This document shows, in pieces, positions 63,935 to 64,000 of a stretch of 64,000 nt of DNA. The notes under the pieces are model-generated. The model made no database searches, was not told the DNA's origin, and worked only from the letters and a program-made list of their open reading frames with translations. This DNA is from an uncultured Acidobacteriota bacterium (GTDB lineage Bacteria > Acidobacteriota > UBA6911). Both the position numbers and the translations under genes were made by a program. Position 1 is the first letter of the stretch. Each line of letters begins with the position of its first letter. Where the stretch lies: positions 256,001 to 320,000 of the forward strand of contig CAWEJX010000004.1 in the NCBI GenBank assembly GCA_963809485.1, written 5' to 3'.

Positions 63935-64000
63935 AAATGAACCGGCACTCTGGCTGCAGCTATTTCCCAGATCGGGACTTATGGCCCGGAATGATGGGCG

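Noticed and set aside
1-64000. tRNA, rRNA, tRNA-Sec or sel genes; integron attC arrays
   Set aside because: None was recognised by eye, so the Sec machinery must be verified elsewhere in the genome.

Overview
This 64 kb window is bacterial accessory-type DNA. The Ser/Thr kinase-TPR protein, PQQ-type beta-propellers and anaerobic Mo/W redox genes suggest an anaerobic Acidobacteriota-like organism, which is an inference. Many genes carry single-base frameshifts, including rsgA and higA, most likely long-read assembly errors. Main observations: (1) At 13.4-20.4 kb there is a compact bacterial ubiquitin-like conjugation operon. It encodes a membrane-anchored JAB/MPN+UBC-like fusion, a 62-aa small protein, a second JAB+UBC-like fusion, a stand-alone Cys-type E2, a ThiF/E1 lacking the usual crossover-loop Cys, and a single-pass membrane protein. 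A TPR+Fis-HTH regulator is divergent from it, with two matching palindromic operator-like sites between them. No beta-grasp Ubl or CD-NTase is visible. (2) Four genes split by the ORF caller are single reading frames with an in-frame TGA at a Cys-type position, each followed by a SECIS-like hairpin. These are two exported UGSC-type proteins (UxxC), a Tat-exported C-GCAxxG-C-C protein, and a 320-aa protein with a 'UPSGPTAW' motif that I do not recognise as a described selenoprotein family. (3) The redox neighbourhood includes three orphan xanthine-dehydrogenase-family Mo subunits (two lack the catalytic Glu motif), an aldehyde ferredoxin oxidoreductase, an ALDH, a sulfite-oxidase-family enzyme, an AprAB-like pair, three cupin-like paralogs and six Tat substrates. 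(4) Also present are a RAYT/Y1 transposase with GGGTGTCC repeat tracts, several gene relics and a higBA toxin-antitoxin locus. I saw no rRNA, tRNA or CRISPR array.
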